From the IMG/VR virus record IMGVR_UViG_3300025529_000003: a stretch of 48,626 nucleotides of DNA; one strand, written 5' to 3'. The position numbers and the translations under genes are program-made. Numbering within the stretch: position 1 is the stretch's first letter; each line of letters opens with the position of its first letter. This DNA is from a virus. Below, piece after piece: positions 5,806 through 14,094 of this stretch. The notes beneath the pieces are model-generated. The model was not told where the DNA came from and searched no databases. It worked only from the letters and a program-made list of their open reading frames with translations.

Positions 5806-6797
5806 AGTTCACACACCATACCTTCAACGAAGCAGCCGCATCCGCCGATGTCGAAAAGGTCAATCTGCAAGTCATTCTCGACATCGAAGTGAAGGTCTCT
5901 GATGGGATACGGTTTCCCGTCACGCTTCATAAAGGCGTACTGCCGAATCTTCATGTACTCGCCGGTTGCTGCGCCTGCCGGGTGAACGTAAGGTTTCGGT
6001 TTCGGCGCACGATCATAGAAATAATCGCGGTATGCATCGTCCAACTCCTGGAGCATCCGTTCCCGAACATGATCCGGGATGCGCTCTTGTTCCGGCACCG
6101 TGTCGTCCATGATGTACCGATACGCTGATACGCAGACTTTCAGGTGATGCTCCTGCTCCATGATCTTCTTGAACACATCCGGCATGGCTTGTTTCAGCAG
6201 CTTGTAGTGCCCCTGCCCGGCCTTCACGCAGCGGCCTGCGCAGTTGTTGTGGGCGAATCCGTAATCGTATAAGGCCGGTTGCCGGATACCCCACTTTTTC
6301 AGCGCCTCATCTGGCCAGATGTTGTGCTCGATCATGGGCATTTCGACGCGGAACGGCTGCCAGTTCTTCCGAATAGCTGGTTCCCGGTGCATCTCGTCGA
6401 ACCCGATGCCGAAATAGAGCGTCGCATCGGTCACGAAATCTTCCTGCTTCAGGCATTCCCGGTTTCGCCACTTCTCGATGGGCGGCCGCTTCCCGCGCTT
6501 GAGGAAATCTGCCGCCACGCGCATCTTCAGGATTTTCGAGCACTCACCGAGCATCGAGTTGAACACCAGTTTCTTCTCGAACATGAGTTGGATAGGGTTA
6601 AGCCCCATGCTGTGCGTCAGGAGCGGCAGCCGCAGCTTGTCTGACGCTTCATGGATAAAGCGGTATAAGTCCTCATGCTCCCAAAGTGTGTCCGTAAAAT
6701 AGAGCACGATGTTGTCGTCGGGATACCGCTCCAGAACCCAATCTGCTACTGCGAAGCTCGACTTGCCACCGCTGAAGAAGATGATGTGGTTGCGCAT
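5802..6797 (-). CDS. PAPS-reductase-like PP-loop ATP-pyrophosphatase family protein.
   Basis: N-terminal IIFFSGGKSS (SGGxDS-type PP-loop). C-terminal Cys cluster GGCGCFVEGMVC. Confidence 0.7.
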   Translation of the reverse strand: MRNHIIFFSGGKSSFAVADWVLERYPDDNIVLYFTDTLWEHEDLYRFIHEASDKLRLPLLTHSMGLNPIQLMFEKKLVFNSMLGECSKILKMRVAADFLKRGKRPPIEKWRNRECLKQEDFVTDATLYFGIGFDEMHREPAIRKNWQPFRVEMPMIEHNIWPDEALKKWGIRQPALYDYGFAHNNCAGRCVKAGQGHYKLLKQAMPDVFKKIMEQEHHLKVCVSAYRYIMDDTVPEQERIPDHVRERMLQELDDAYRDYFYDRAPKPKPYVHPAGAATGEYMKIRQYAFMKRDGKPYPIRDLHFDVENDLQIDLFDIGGCGCFVEGMVCEL

Positions 6798-6798
6798 C

Positions 6799-8595
6799 TC
6801 AATTCACCACCGCTGGCTGTTCTTCTACTTCCGGCAGCACCCATACATCATTCCAGCTCATCTCAAAGGTGATGCCGGCCTCAACCTGTGCGATTGCCAT
6901 CATGATCACATTGCCCATGGCCTCAGCAGCCGGCACCGGAACTGCATTCCCGATGTATTCCCGGGCCTTCGCGTCGCTGCATCCATCGAGCTGGAACGGA
7001 CGCCCATCAGGAAGGTGAGTCGGGAACCCCTGCAGCATCGCCAACTCGTAGGTCGTCAGCGGCCGGTGCCATGTGCCGTCCTCGGCGATGATTACCCATG
7101 TTCCTGACTCGTTGTCCTCCGGGATTCGCGGGTCGGCGACGGCCGCCGCGCCGGCGTGGATGTCCCCGGCGCCGATCACGGTCTTCGCTGGCTCGTCCCA
7201 CTTTTGGACGCCCATCGTGCCAGACCGGGGCGAGCAGCCAATGCGCGGGTCGGCAACACTCGACGCCGACTGCATGATCCTGCTGTTGCCTCGGATCGTT
7301 TTCGCCGGTTCGTCCCAATCCTGGACGCCGTAGCAGTCGGGCATCAACTCAGTCTTCACGCGCGGATCTGCTATCGCTGGCGCGCCGCTGCCGAATCTCG
7401 TGCCGGTCACAGTCGGCGAAGGTTCGCCCATCCGCACAACTCGGTACACGCCCGGATGCTTGCCTTCCTGAGCCCGCAATCGTGGGTCACTGATCGTTAT
7501 CGCACCGTTGTTCGGCCTGTGTGCACCCGTGACGCACGGGGCGGGCTCATCGTACCGGACCACTCGGTATATTGCGGCGTGTCCGTTCGCATCGAGCCCA
7601 ATGCGCGGGTCCGATACCGCCGCGGCGCCGTTGCTCCGCCCAGGGCCGGCTGTGGCCGTCACCGTGCGGGATGGATCGTCCCACTGTTCGACCGCGTATG
7701 CGCCGCCGCGCGCCTCGTGCTCAATCCGGTACCGCTGCCAGTCGATAGCATTCAGATCCCGCCAGTCTCCGCCGGCCGGTATCAGCGCCAGCCGCACCCA
7801 CGTTTTCCACTGGAGCCGAGGCAGCCGGTGCATAGGGCCGCCGGCCGGGTCGTCCGGAAGCGGAAGACTGCCGATGACATCACCGATCGTTTTGAGTGGC
7901 TTCTTCGGTGGCAGGTAGCACCAATTCGGCACGCGCTTCTGGTTCCGGGCCAGCAGCAGGAACCGCATCCGGTTCTGGCCGAGGCCGCCGATCTCACCGA
8001 GATTGTGGTCGGACCGCATGTCCACCGCATACCCGTACCGCTCAAGCAGGCGCTTGATGCGTTGCAGGATGTCGGCCCCCCGGGACGTGATTCGTGGAAC
8101 GTTCTCGAAGTGGATGAAAGCCGGCAGCTCGCCGTCGCCATAGAGGCGGCACGCCTCGAGGCAAAGTTCCAACCCACGGATCGTCAGCAGGTTCAGCGCC
8201 TGATATTTCTCCGACCGCGCCGATTTCTCCGGCAGCAAGCCGCTGAAGCCTTTGCATGGCGGGCTTAAGAACAGGTAGTCCGGAACCTGCTCTTTGAACG
8301 CCTGCCAAATGTCCCGCGGCGTCGCCTCCTGCCACTCCGCTGGCGGCTCGTGGCCGAACCATTTGCGGTACTGGTCCCGGTCGAACAGGTCCATCTGCAC
8401 GGCCGTTTGCTCGCCGGTGATGATGTCGTGATTCCGGCAGGCGACCGGGTCGAAGTCAATCGAGCAAAGGATTTCCCAACGGTATACCTTTCCGTATGCT
8501 TCGACAAGCGAACGCTTCAGACCCGCTGAGAATCCCCCGATGCCGCCGAACAGGATTGCTGCTGTGCGAATCTCCGACTTCATGCGGTCGAGCAT
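6799..8595 (-). CDS. DNA cytosine-C5 methyltransferase with an expanded variable region.
   Basis: Motifs FGGIGG (I), SPPCKGFS (IV), ENV (VI), QNRMRF (VIII), GNAVPVP (X). The variable region is about 190 aa. Confidence 0.85.
   Translation of the reverse strand: MLDRMKSEIRTAAILFGGIGGFSAGLKRSLVEAYGKVYRWEILCSIDFDPVACRNHDIITGEQTAVQMDLFDRDQYRKWFGHEPPAEWQEATPRDIWQAFKEQVPDYLFLSPPCKGFSGLLPEKSARSEKYQALNLLTIRGLELCLEACRLYGDGELPAFIHFENVPRITSRGADILQRIKRLLERYGYAVDMRSDHNLGEIGGLGQNRMRFLLLARNQKRVPNWCYLPPKKPLKTIGDVIGSLPLPDDPAGGPMHRLPRLQWKTWVRLALIPAGGDWRDLNAIDWQRYRIEHEARGGAYAVEQWDDPSRTVTATAGPGRSNGAAAVSDPRIGLDANGHAAIYRVVRYDEPAPCVTGAHRPNNGAITISDPRLRAQEGKHPGVYRVVRMGEPSPTVTGTRFGSGAPAIADPRVKTELMPDCYGVQDWDEPAKTIRGNSRIMQSASSVADPRIGCSPRSGTMGVQKWDEPAKTVIGAGDIHAGAAAVADPRIPEDNESGTWVIIAEDGTWHRPLTTYELAMLQGFPTHLPDGRPFQLDGCSDAKAREYIGNAVPVPAAEAMGNVIMMAIAQVEAGITFEMSWNDVWVLPEVEEQPAVVN
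7120..7701 (-). repeat. Five tandem intragenic TRD-like modules of about 35-40 aa each, inside the C5-MTase.
   Basis: Protein repeats W/Y-D/G-(D/E)P-x-x-T(V/I)-x-G...(A/S)DPR(I/L/V), aa 299-492. Confidence 0.8.
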
Positions 8596-9371
8596 TGTTC
8601 CGCATCCCTTTCTTCCAGCATTTCTTTGAGCTCGTCGGCCTGTTTCAAGAGGTAATGCACCTTTCGTTCAATTCGCGGATCACGCCCATTACCGAGCGCT
8701 TTTCGCAGTTCGTCTTTCCAGTCCTGACTCCATGTACTGAGCCATATCCCGTAATCTCTTAAAATTGCACTGACCTCGTTGAGAAGTTGCAGACTCTCCT
8801 TCTTGCCCTGCATCCTCTCAAGTTCACGCCGCAATTCCCCGATTTCTTTTGTCACTTCGATTTCGAAATGCCGACCGAGCTCTTTCCGCTCTTTCTTGTC
8901 CTGCAGGTACGCCTCAATGAACTCGCGCCGCGTCGAGAAAAACGGATGACGGTCATTCTCGAGCCTGGTCATGATGACGTACATAAGCAGATTCGAAGGG
9001 ACGTTTACATTCCGATACGCCGGCTTTCGCTTCGTCACGAGCGCTTCCGTCTCGGGAGTGTAATAGATCAGTCCAACTTCATCCGGCAGCTCGTCGGGCT
9101 GGATCAATCCCTTCGGACAGGCGAATGCGAATTGATGGCAATTCTGCAGGTACGCCGGCCATTTATCGTCCCGCACGAAATCACTCCGATCGACCTTTAT
9201 CTCGTAGGCCGTGATGCACGGATGCGCCCAGGATTTTTTGATGGCGAGCGCGTCGATGCGATGATGCTCGTAGCCGGTTGGACCGGTCTTGACCTCGGTG
9301 AGAAAGAAATCTTCACGATGCCGCTTGCTCAACGCTCGCTTGATCATGTCCGCCCGGACCTTCGACCTCAT
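8580..9371 (-). CDS. MmcB-like PD-(D/E)XK nuclease family protein.
   Basis: IDALAI...AYEIKVDRSDFVRDDKWPAYL core. Confidence 0.6.
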   Translation of the reverse strand: MRSKVRADMIKRALSKRHREDFFLTEVKTGPTGYEHHRIDALAIKKSWAHPCITAYEIKVDRSDFVRDDKWPAYLQNCHQFAFACPKGLIQPDELPDEVGLIYYTPETEALVTKRKPAYRNVNVPSNLLMYVIMTRLENDRHPFFSTRREFIEAYLQDKKERKELGRHFEIEVTKEIGELRRELERMQGKKESLQLLNEVSAILRDYGIWLSTWSQDWKDELRKALGNGRDPRIERKVHYLLKQADELKEMLEERDAEQCSTA

Positions 9372-9763
9372 GCTTCCACCTCCACGATCTGCAGCGTAGG
9401 GTAACGCCGCTCGAACATCTGCCGCTTCATGCGATATTCCCGCGTCCGCATGCCCTTCACGTCCTCGACGGTGTTCGTCCCGTCCGACCAGCGGATCAGG
9501 AAATCCGCGACGTATTCAATCTTGCCGAACGTAATGTCGCCCTTCTGGAAGCCCTCCTGCAGCAGAAACCGCGGCTGAAGGATGAACCATTCGATCACGC
9601 CGGCTTGCTGGAGGGCCTTCAGCTCGGCGTACCTTCGCGCCTCAGCCTGTGAGTCGAATGTGATGCCGTCGACGCGGGTCTTCTCGTTCCGGTACTTGCT
9701 GCGCTTCTTGCCGTCCAGGTACGCCCGATACTCTTCAACCGTCATGCGTTCCGTCACGCCCAT
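9368..9763 (-). CDS. DUF1064 protein, a putative resolvase-like nuclease.
   Basis: ITFDSQAEARRY...EYVADF...EDVKG pattern. Confidence 0.6.
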   Translation of the reverse strand: MGVTERMTVEEYRAYLDGKKRSKYRNEKTRVDGITFDSQAEARRYAELKALQQAGVIEWFILQPRFLLQEGFQKGDITFGKIEYVADFLIRWSDGTNTVEDVKGMRTREYRMKRQMFERRYPTLQIVEVEA

Positions 9764-11154
9764 CGCCTCCGCTCGTCAGGTTCTGATCGGCGCGCCGGCT
9801 GCTCACCGTGCCCGCGGTCGAGGCTCACGAACTTGTTGAAGTTCTTCAGGAACACGAGCTCGACCGTGCCGACCGGGCCGTTCCGCTGCTTCGCGATGAT
9901 GATCTCGACGATGTTCTTCTTGTCGGTGTCTGGCTGGTAGTAGTCGTCCCGGTACAGGAAGGCGACAACATCCGCATCCTGTTCGATGCTGCCCGACTCC
10001 CGCAGGTCGGAGAGCATCGGCCGCTTGTCCTGCCGCTGCTCGACGGCCCGGCTGAGCTGGGACAGAGCGATGACCGGCACGTTCAGCTCGCGCGCGATTT
10101 GCTTCAGTGTGCGGGAAATTTCCGAGACTTCCTGCTGCCGGTTCTCGCCGCGGCGCCGCGTCTGCACAAGCTGCAGGTAGTCGATGATGATCATACCGAG
10201 TCCCTGCTCACGCTGCAGCCGGCGGGCCTTGATCCGGATGTCCTGCACCGTCAGCCCAGGCGTATCGTCGATGTAGATCGGGGCGTCGTTCAGTTGGCCG
10301 ATCGCTGTTGCTACCCTCGTCCAATCCTCCGGTTCCAGTCGACCACTCCGGATTCTACCGGCGTCGACGTTGGCCTCCGCGCAGATCATCCGGTCTACCA
10401 GTTGACCAGCGGACATCTCAAGGCTGAATATTCCGACCGTCTCCCGCGCCCGGATCCCGACATTCGCCGCAATGTTGAGCGCGAACGCCGTCTTCCCAAC
10501 CGACGGCCGGGCCGCAACGATGATCAGGTCGCTCGGCTGAAGTCCGGTCGTCATCCGGTCCAGATCCGGATATCCCGTTGGCAGCCCCGTTACCCCATTT
10601 CCTGCTGGAGACTCTGCGCGCTGCTCAATCTCGTCGTAACGGCTGACTGCAACCTCACCAATTGGCTGGAATGTCTTCTCGGCCGTTGCGCTCTGCTCGA
10701 GGATGGACATTGCCTTGTCCTGGACGGCCGCCGCAATCTGGCCGGCCTCACCATCCCCCTGCATGGCCTTCTGCAACGCTTCGCGGAGCATCAGGATCTC
10801 AGCGCGCTTCAGGTGCCGCTCACGGACGATGCCGGCGTAATACTCGATATTGGCCGCCGTTGGCACAATGCTTTCGAGCCTTGCCAAATAATCAACCCCG
10901 CCGACTGTCTCCAACTCGCCGCGTTTGATCAGTTGATCCGTCAGTGTCACGAGGTCGATCGGCTCGCCCGCCTCGCGCATCTCGCACATGGCCCTGTAAA
11001 TTCGGGCGTTCCGGGCGTCGTAAAACTCGTCGCCGCGAAGGACGCTTTCTGCCGCGTCAAATGCGGTGTTGTCCAACAGGATTGAGCCGAGCACCGACAC
11101 CTCTGCCTCGTAGTTCTGCGGCAGTTCAGCCGCCATAAGCTCGTCGCGCAGCAA
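9754..11154 (-). CDS. dnaB: Replicative DNA helicase, DnaB family.
   Basis: 466 aa. GLPTGYPDLD, Walker A ARPSVGKTAF, IIDYLQL, SQLSR. Confidence 0.95.
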   Translation of the reverse strand: MLRDELMAAELPQNYEAEVSVLGSILLDNTAFDAAESVLRGDEFYDARNARIYRAMCEMREAGEPIDLVTLTDQLIKRGELETVGGVDYLARLESIVPTAANIEYYAGIVRERHLKRAEILMLREALQKAMQGDGEAGQIAAAVQDKAMSILEQSATAEKTFQPIGEVAVSRYDEIEQRAESPAGNGVTGLPTGYPDLDRMTTGLQPSDLIIVAARPSVGKTAFALNIAANVGIRARETVGIFSLEMSAGQLVDRMICAEANVDAGRIRSGRLEPEDWTRVATAIGQLNDAPIYIDDTPGLTVQDIRIKARRLQREQGLGMIIIDYLQLVQTRRRGENRQQEVSEISRTLKQIARELNVPVIALSQLSRAVEQRQDKRPMLSDLRESGSIEQDADVVAFLYRDDYYQPDTDKKNIVEIIIAKQRNGPVGTVELVFLKNFNKFVSLDRGHGEQPARRSEPDERRRWA

Positions 11155-11506
11155 GCTGCCTCATCCTCTCTTTCACTTCCGGCGGCGCCGGCACGGCCGT
11201 CCGGGCGTATTCTTCAAGCTTCCGGAAATGTTCCTCGCTTTCGCGTCGCAGCTGCTCATGATAGACCGTCTCCGGGTCCTTTTGGTCGAGTGGCCGCCGC
11301 AGGTCAGCGATGGTCGGCGGGAACTTCTCCGTCCGCACGTGCCGGCGAAGGTTCTCCATCGCGTGGTCGAACGTGATGTCCTTCAGGTGCTCATGCCAGA
11401 GCATAACCTGCTCCTTCGCCAGATCGTCCGTGAGCCGAAACGCTGGATATGACAATGTGATGGCCTTGAACAACTTGACGATTTCAGCCTGTGTCATAGG
11501 CTTCAA
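11126..11506 (-). CDS. Putative helicase loader, G39P-like.
   Basis: 126 aa between the organizer and DnaB. YPAF...W...FPPTIADL pattern. Confidence 0.5.
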   Translation of the reverse strand: MKPMTQAEIVKLFKAITLSYPAFRLTDDLAKEQVMLWHEHLKDITFDHAMENLRRHVRTEKFPPTIADLRRPLDQKDPETVYHEQLRRESEEHFRKLEEYARTAVPAPPEVKERMRQLAARRAYGG

Positions 11507-12287
11507 ACTCCTTCTCGAGCTGATTCAGGATATCGAACGTCCTGGACTGGCGCGTCGTCCTCGGATCGCCCCGCTGTCGCCGTGCTTCATGTTCAGCGTC
11601 GAAGGCGATCGCTCCCTCGAGCGTTTTCGCTCCTGCTGCGGCATAGTCGTTCAGAATGTGCAGGATTAGTTTGATGCCGCCTCCAGCCAGCGCCGCGCGC
11701 TCGATTGCTCGATTGATGACAGCTTCTTCGAAGCCATCTTGATCGATGTACGTGCCGAGTTGTTCGGCCTGAAAAGGGGTCAGGTCCCGACGATAGACCC
11801 GCCGATACGCGGCCGGGAACGATTCTTGCTCCGGTTGCTCCTGCTCGCGCGCGTGCGCGGCAGCAGTAGCAGTTTCATTTTCAGTTCTGTTCCTATTCCC
11901 TTCTTCTTCAGAAGGGAATGTCTCGGCATTTCCGGGAATTTCCCGGAATTTATTTGGCGGTTCCGGGAACTTCGATTTGGTGCGCTTATGAAGCCCCTGC
12001 TGGTGGCTCTCAAAATTGGTGATTTGGATGAACTTCTCGCCGTTCACTTCGTACCAGATGATGAGGCCACGTTCATGCATGTCAGCAAGGGCTTGCTCGA
12101 CGTCCTTCACCGTCTCATCGGCCATCGGGACAACAAGAGCACGAACCTTCGCAGGAGATCCGGGCAGACGGCCGAAGTCATCAGCATGCGGAATCATCCA
12201 CGTGTACAGGAGGCGCCCGAACAATGACAGGCTATTCACTTTTTCCGAGATACTGATGACCTTACTGATCATTCGCCGTTCTGCCAT
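11484..12287 (-). CDS. Phage replisome organizer with a DnaD-domain C-terminus.
   Basis: N-terminal FGRLLYTWMIPHADDFGRL. Low-complexity linker. C-terminal DnaD-like region. Confidence 0.75.
   Translation of the reverse strand: MAERRMISKVISISEKVNSLSLFGRLLYTWMIPHADDFGRLPGSPAKVRALVVPMADETVKDVEQALADMHERGLIIWYEVNGEKFIQITNFESHQQGLHKRTKSKFPEPPNKFREIPGNAETFPSEEEGNRNRTENETATAAAHAREQEQPEQESFPAAYRRVYRRDLTPFQAEQLGTYIDQDGFEEAVINRAIERAALAGGGIKLILHILNDYAAAGAKTLEGAIAFDAEHEARRQRGDPRTTRQSRTFDILNQLEKEFEAYDTG
11896..11969. repeat. Candidate origin of replication inside the organizer gene.
   Basis: 10-bp-arm palindrome ATTCCCTTCT-tcttc-AGAAGGGAAT. Three TTCC(G/C)GGAA boxes at 11930, 11940 and 11961. Confidence 0.45.
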
Positions 12288-12303
12288 TTTCGTCGTCCCC
12301 TTG

Positions 12304-12453
12304 TCATGCTGGAATTATCTTTCGTGTGCCCGTTAACCGATGAATCAGATGCAGTTCCCCCGGCGGCGCCTTCGCAATGAGCCAATTTTCCGGGTTGAGC
12401 CCCATGCCGGCGATCGCTTTCTTCTGCCGCAGTGTCGGTCGTTTTCCTCGCAT
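12304..12453 (-). CDS. Small conserved Bacillota-phage protein, DUF6906-like, 49 aa.
   Basis: MRGKRPTLRQKKAIAGMGLNPENWL... GGGGAGGTAAGG RBS. Confidence 0.5.
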   Translation of the reverse strand: MRGKRPTLRQKKAIAGMGLNPENWLIAKAPPGELHLIHRLTGTRKIIPA

Positions 12454-12457
12454 GTCC

Positions 12458-13165
12458 TTACCTCCCCGCAATGTAGACCGGTTTCCCGGACACTTCCTGT
12501 ACCTTTCGCTTGAACAGCGCTTCGTCGCTGTTGTTGTCCGAAAGGTGCAGCAGGTGGATCTCCTGCACCTTCGACATGTCGTTCGCCCGCAGGAAGTCCA
12601 GCACGTTTTCCAGGCTGAAATGCGACCGGAGCAACCGCGGCCGCATCGCTGGGTGTACGCGGCCGGCGGCGATGTTTTCGTCCAGAATACGGAGCGAATA
12701 GTTCGCTTCGATCGCGATGTGTGTCAGCCCGCTGAACGTGTACCGGCAATAATAGCTGTCCGTGATAAACACCAGCTTCTCACCGTCGCGATTGGCCAGA
12801 AGGAACCCCAGCGGTTGCTCCGCGTCGTGCTCCACGTCGAACGGCATCACGGTCCACGTCCCGACTTCAAACTGCCGTTTCGGCTCGATTGGTTTCACAC
12901 GGTGCCCGGTGAGCTTCCGGGCGGCGATCGTGCCATCGCTGGCGTAGATGTCGACGCCGGATTTCGCGAGGTCTGCGGCTGCCCTGGAGTGGTCCATGTG
13001 CTCGTGGCTGATCAGGACGCCCGCAAGGCGCGAGACGCGGAAATCCAGCGCCTTGCGGATGTCGGTGAATCGTATGCCGGCCTCGATGAGCAGCTCTGTA
13101 CGGCCGTCCGTCACGTGGTAGCAGTTGCCGGCGGACGAGCTGGCGAGGGGACGAAATTGGATCAT
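12458..13165 (-). CDS. Metallo-beta-lactamase-fold hydrolase, probable RecT partner nuclease.
   Basis: HEHMDH (HxHxDH) motif. Abuts recT. Confidence 0.75.
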   Translation of the reverse strand: MIQFRPLASSSAGNCYHVTDGRTELLIEAGIRFTDIRKALDFRVSRLAGVLISHEHMDHSRAAADLAKSGVDIYASDGTIAARKLTGHRVKPIEPKRQFEVGTWTVMPFDVEHDAEQPLGFLLANRDGEKLVFITDSYYCRYTFSGLTHIAIEANYSLRILDENIAAGRVHPAMRPRLLRSHFSLENVLDFLRANDMSKVQEIHLLHLSDNNSDEALFKRKVQEVSGKPVYIAGR

Positions 13166-14091
13166 CAGAAGTCCGGCCCCGCGCCGGCTGCCACGGGATC
13201 GCCCGCCTGGTCACCGAAGTCAAAGGCGCTCTGGCCGTTATCGAAAGGTGCGCCGGAATGATCATCAGGAACCGCGTCGACGGGACCCGGATCGACTCGG
13301 TAGTCGTCGATGTCGATCGGCGTCTTGTTGGCGTTCTCCGCGATTTCCGCCTCGACCTCGGCTTCGTCGATCAGCTCGTCCTGCCGGCGGATGTGCTGCA
13401 TCAGCAGACTGCCATCATCCGAACTGTTCAGATACGCCTTGCACGTCCGATTGATGATCGTGCGTTTGGCCATCTCCTGCGGGAACTCCTTGTGCGTGCT
13501 TCCCTCTTTGTCGGGATTTTGGCGCGACTTCCGCCAAGCGGCCTGAATCTCGTCCCAAGTCATGATCTCGGTAAACTCGCTGTCGTCAGGGAAGATGATC
13601 GTGCAGTACGCGGCCACAATCTTCCCGCTCGACATGCTCTTGAGCGTCTGGACATGCTTCGTGATTCGCTTCTTCCCCCGCACGATCTCGAACTCAAACT
13701 CGTCGCCTTCGTAGACCACCATTGGCAGAATGTCCTTCGCACCGGTCACACGCTTCGTGACGGCCATCGTGCCGAAGTACGACCGCTGGAATACCAGTTG
13801 CTTGCCATACACGATGAAGTAACCCTGTTTCTTTGCCGGATTCAGCCCCTGGACCACCATATCCAGCATGGCATTCGCGATGCTGTCCCGGGTGCAAACA
13901 TACAGCGCCGGATTCCCGTTCCGGTCCGTGATGCTTTGAAGTTGCAGCCACGCCGCTTTCATGGCGTTCTCCGGGCTGTAGTTTGCGGGGAAATGAATCT
14001 CCCCGCGACTTTGGAATTCCCGCACCTTTTCTGCCACAACGTCCACGGTGTCCCTTTTGATCAGGGCGAGTTGGTTTTGTTGATTGCTCAT
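13165..14091 (-). CDS. recT: RecT-family single-strand annealing protein.
   Basis: 308 aa with a RecT-like core (NPAKKQGYFIVYGKQLVFQRSYFG). Confidence 0.8.
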   Translation of the reverse strand: MSNQQNQLALIKRDTVDVVAEKVREFQSRGEIHFPANYSPENAMKAAWLQLQSITDRNGNPALYVCTRDSIANAMLDMVVQGLNPAKKQGYFIVYGKQLVFQRSYFGTMAVTKRVTGAKDILPMVVYEGDEFEFEIVRGKKRITKHVQTLKSMSSGKIVAAYCTIIFPDDSEFTEIMTWDEIQAAWRKSRQNPDKEGSTHKEFPQEMAKRTIINRTCKAYLNSSDDGSLLMQHIRRQDELIDEAEVEAEIAENANKTPIDIDDYRVDPGPVDAVPDDHSGAPFDNGQSAFDFGDQAGDPVAAGAGPDF

Positions 14092-14094
14092 GGA

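Noticed and set aside
9808-11085. Very long plus-strand ORFs antisense to minus-strand genes. Examples: 9808..11085 (425 aa), 13258..14307, 14362..15588, 43868..45886 (672 aa), 33433..34410.
   Set aside because: They lie opposite genes with unmistakable motifs (DnaB, RecT, ATPase, portal/terL, TMP). They are Arg/Pro/Leu/His-rich with no RBS, and are typical shadow ORFs of GC-rich DNA.
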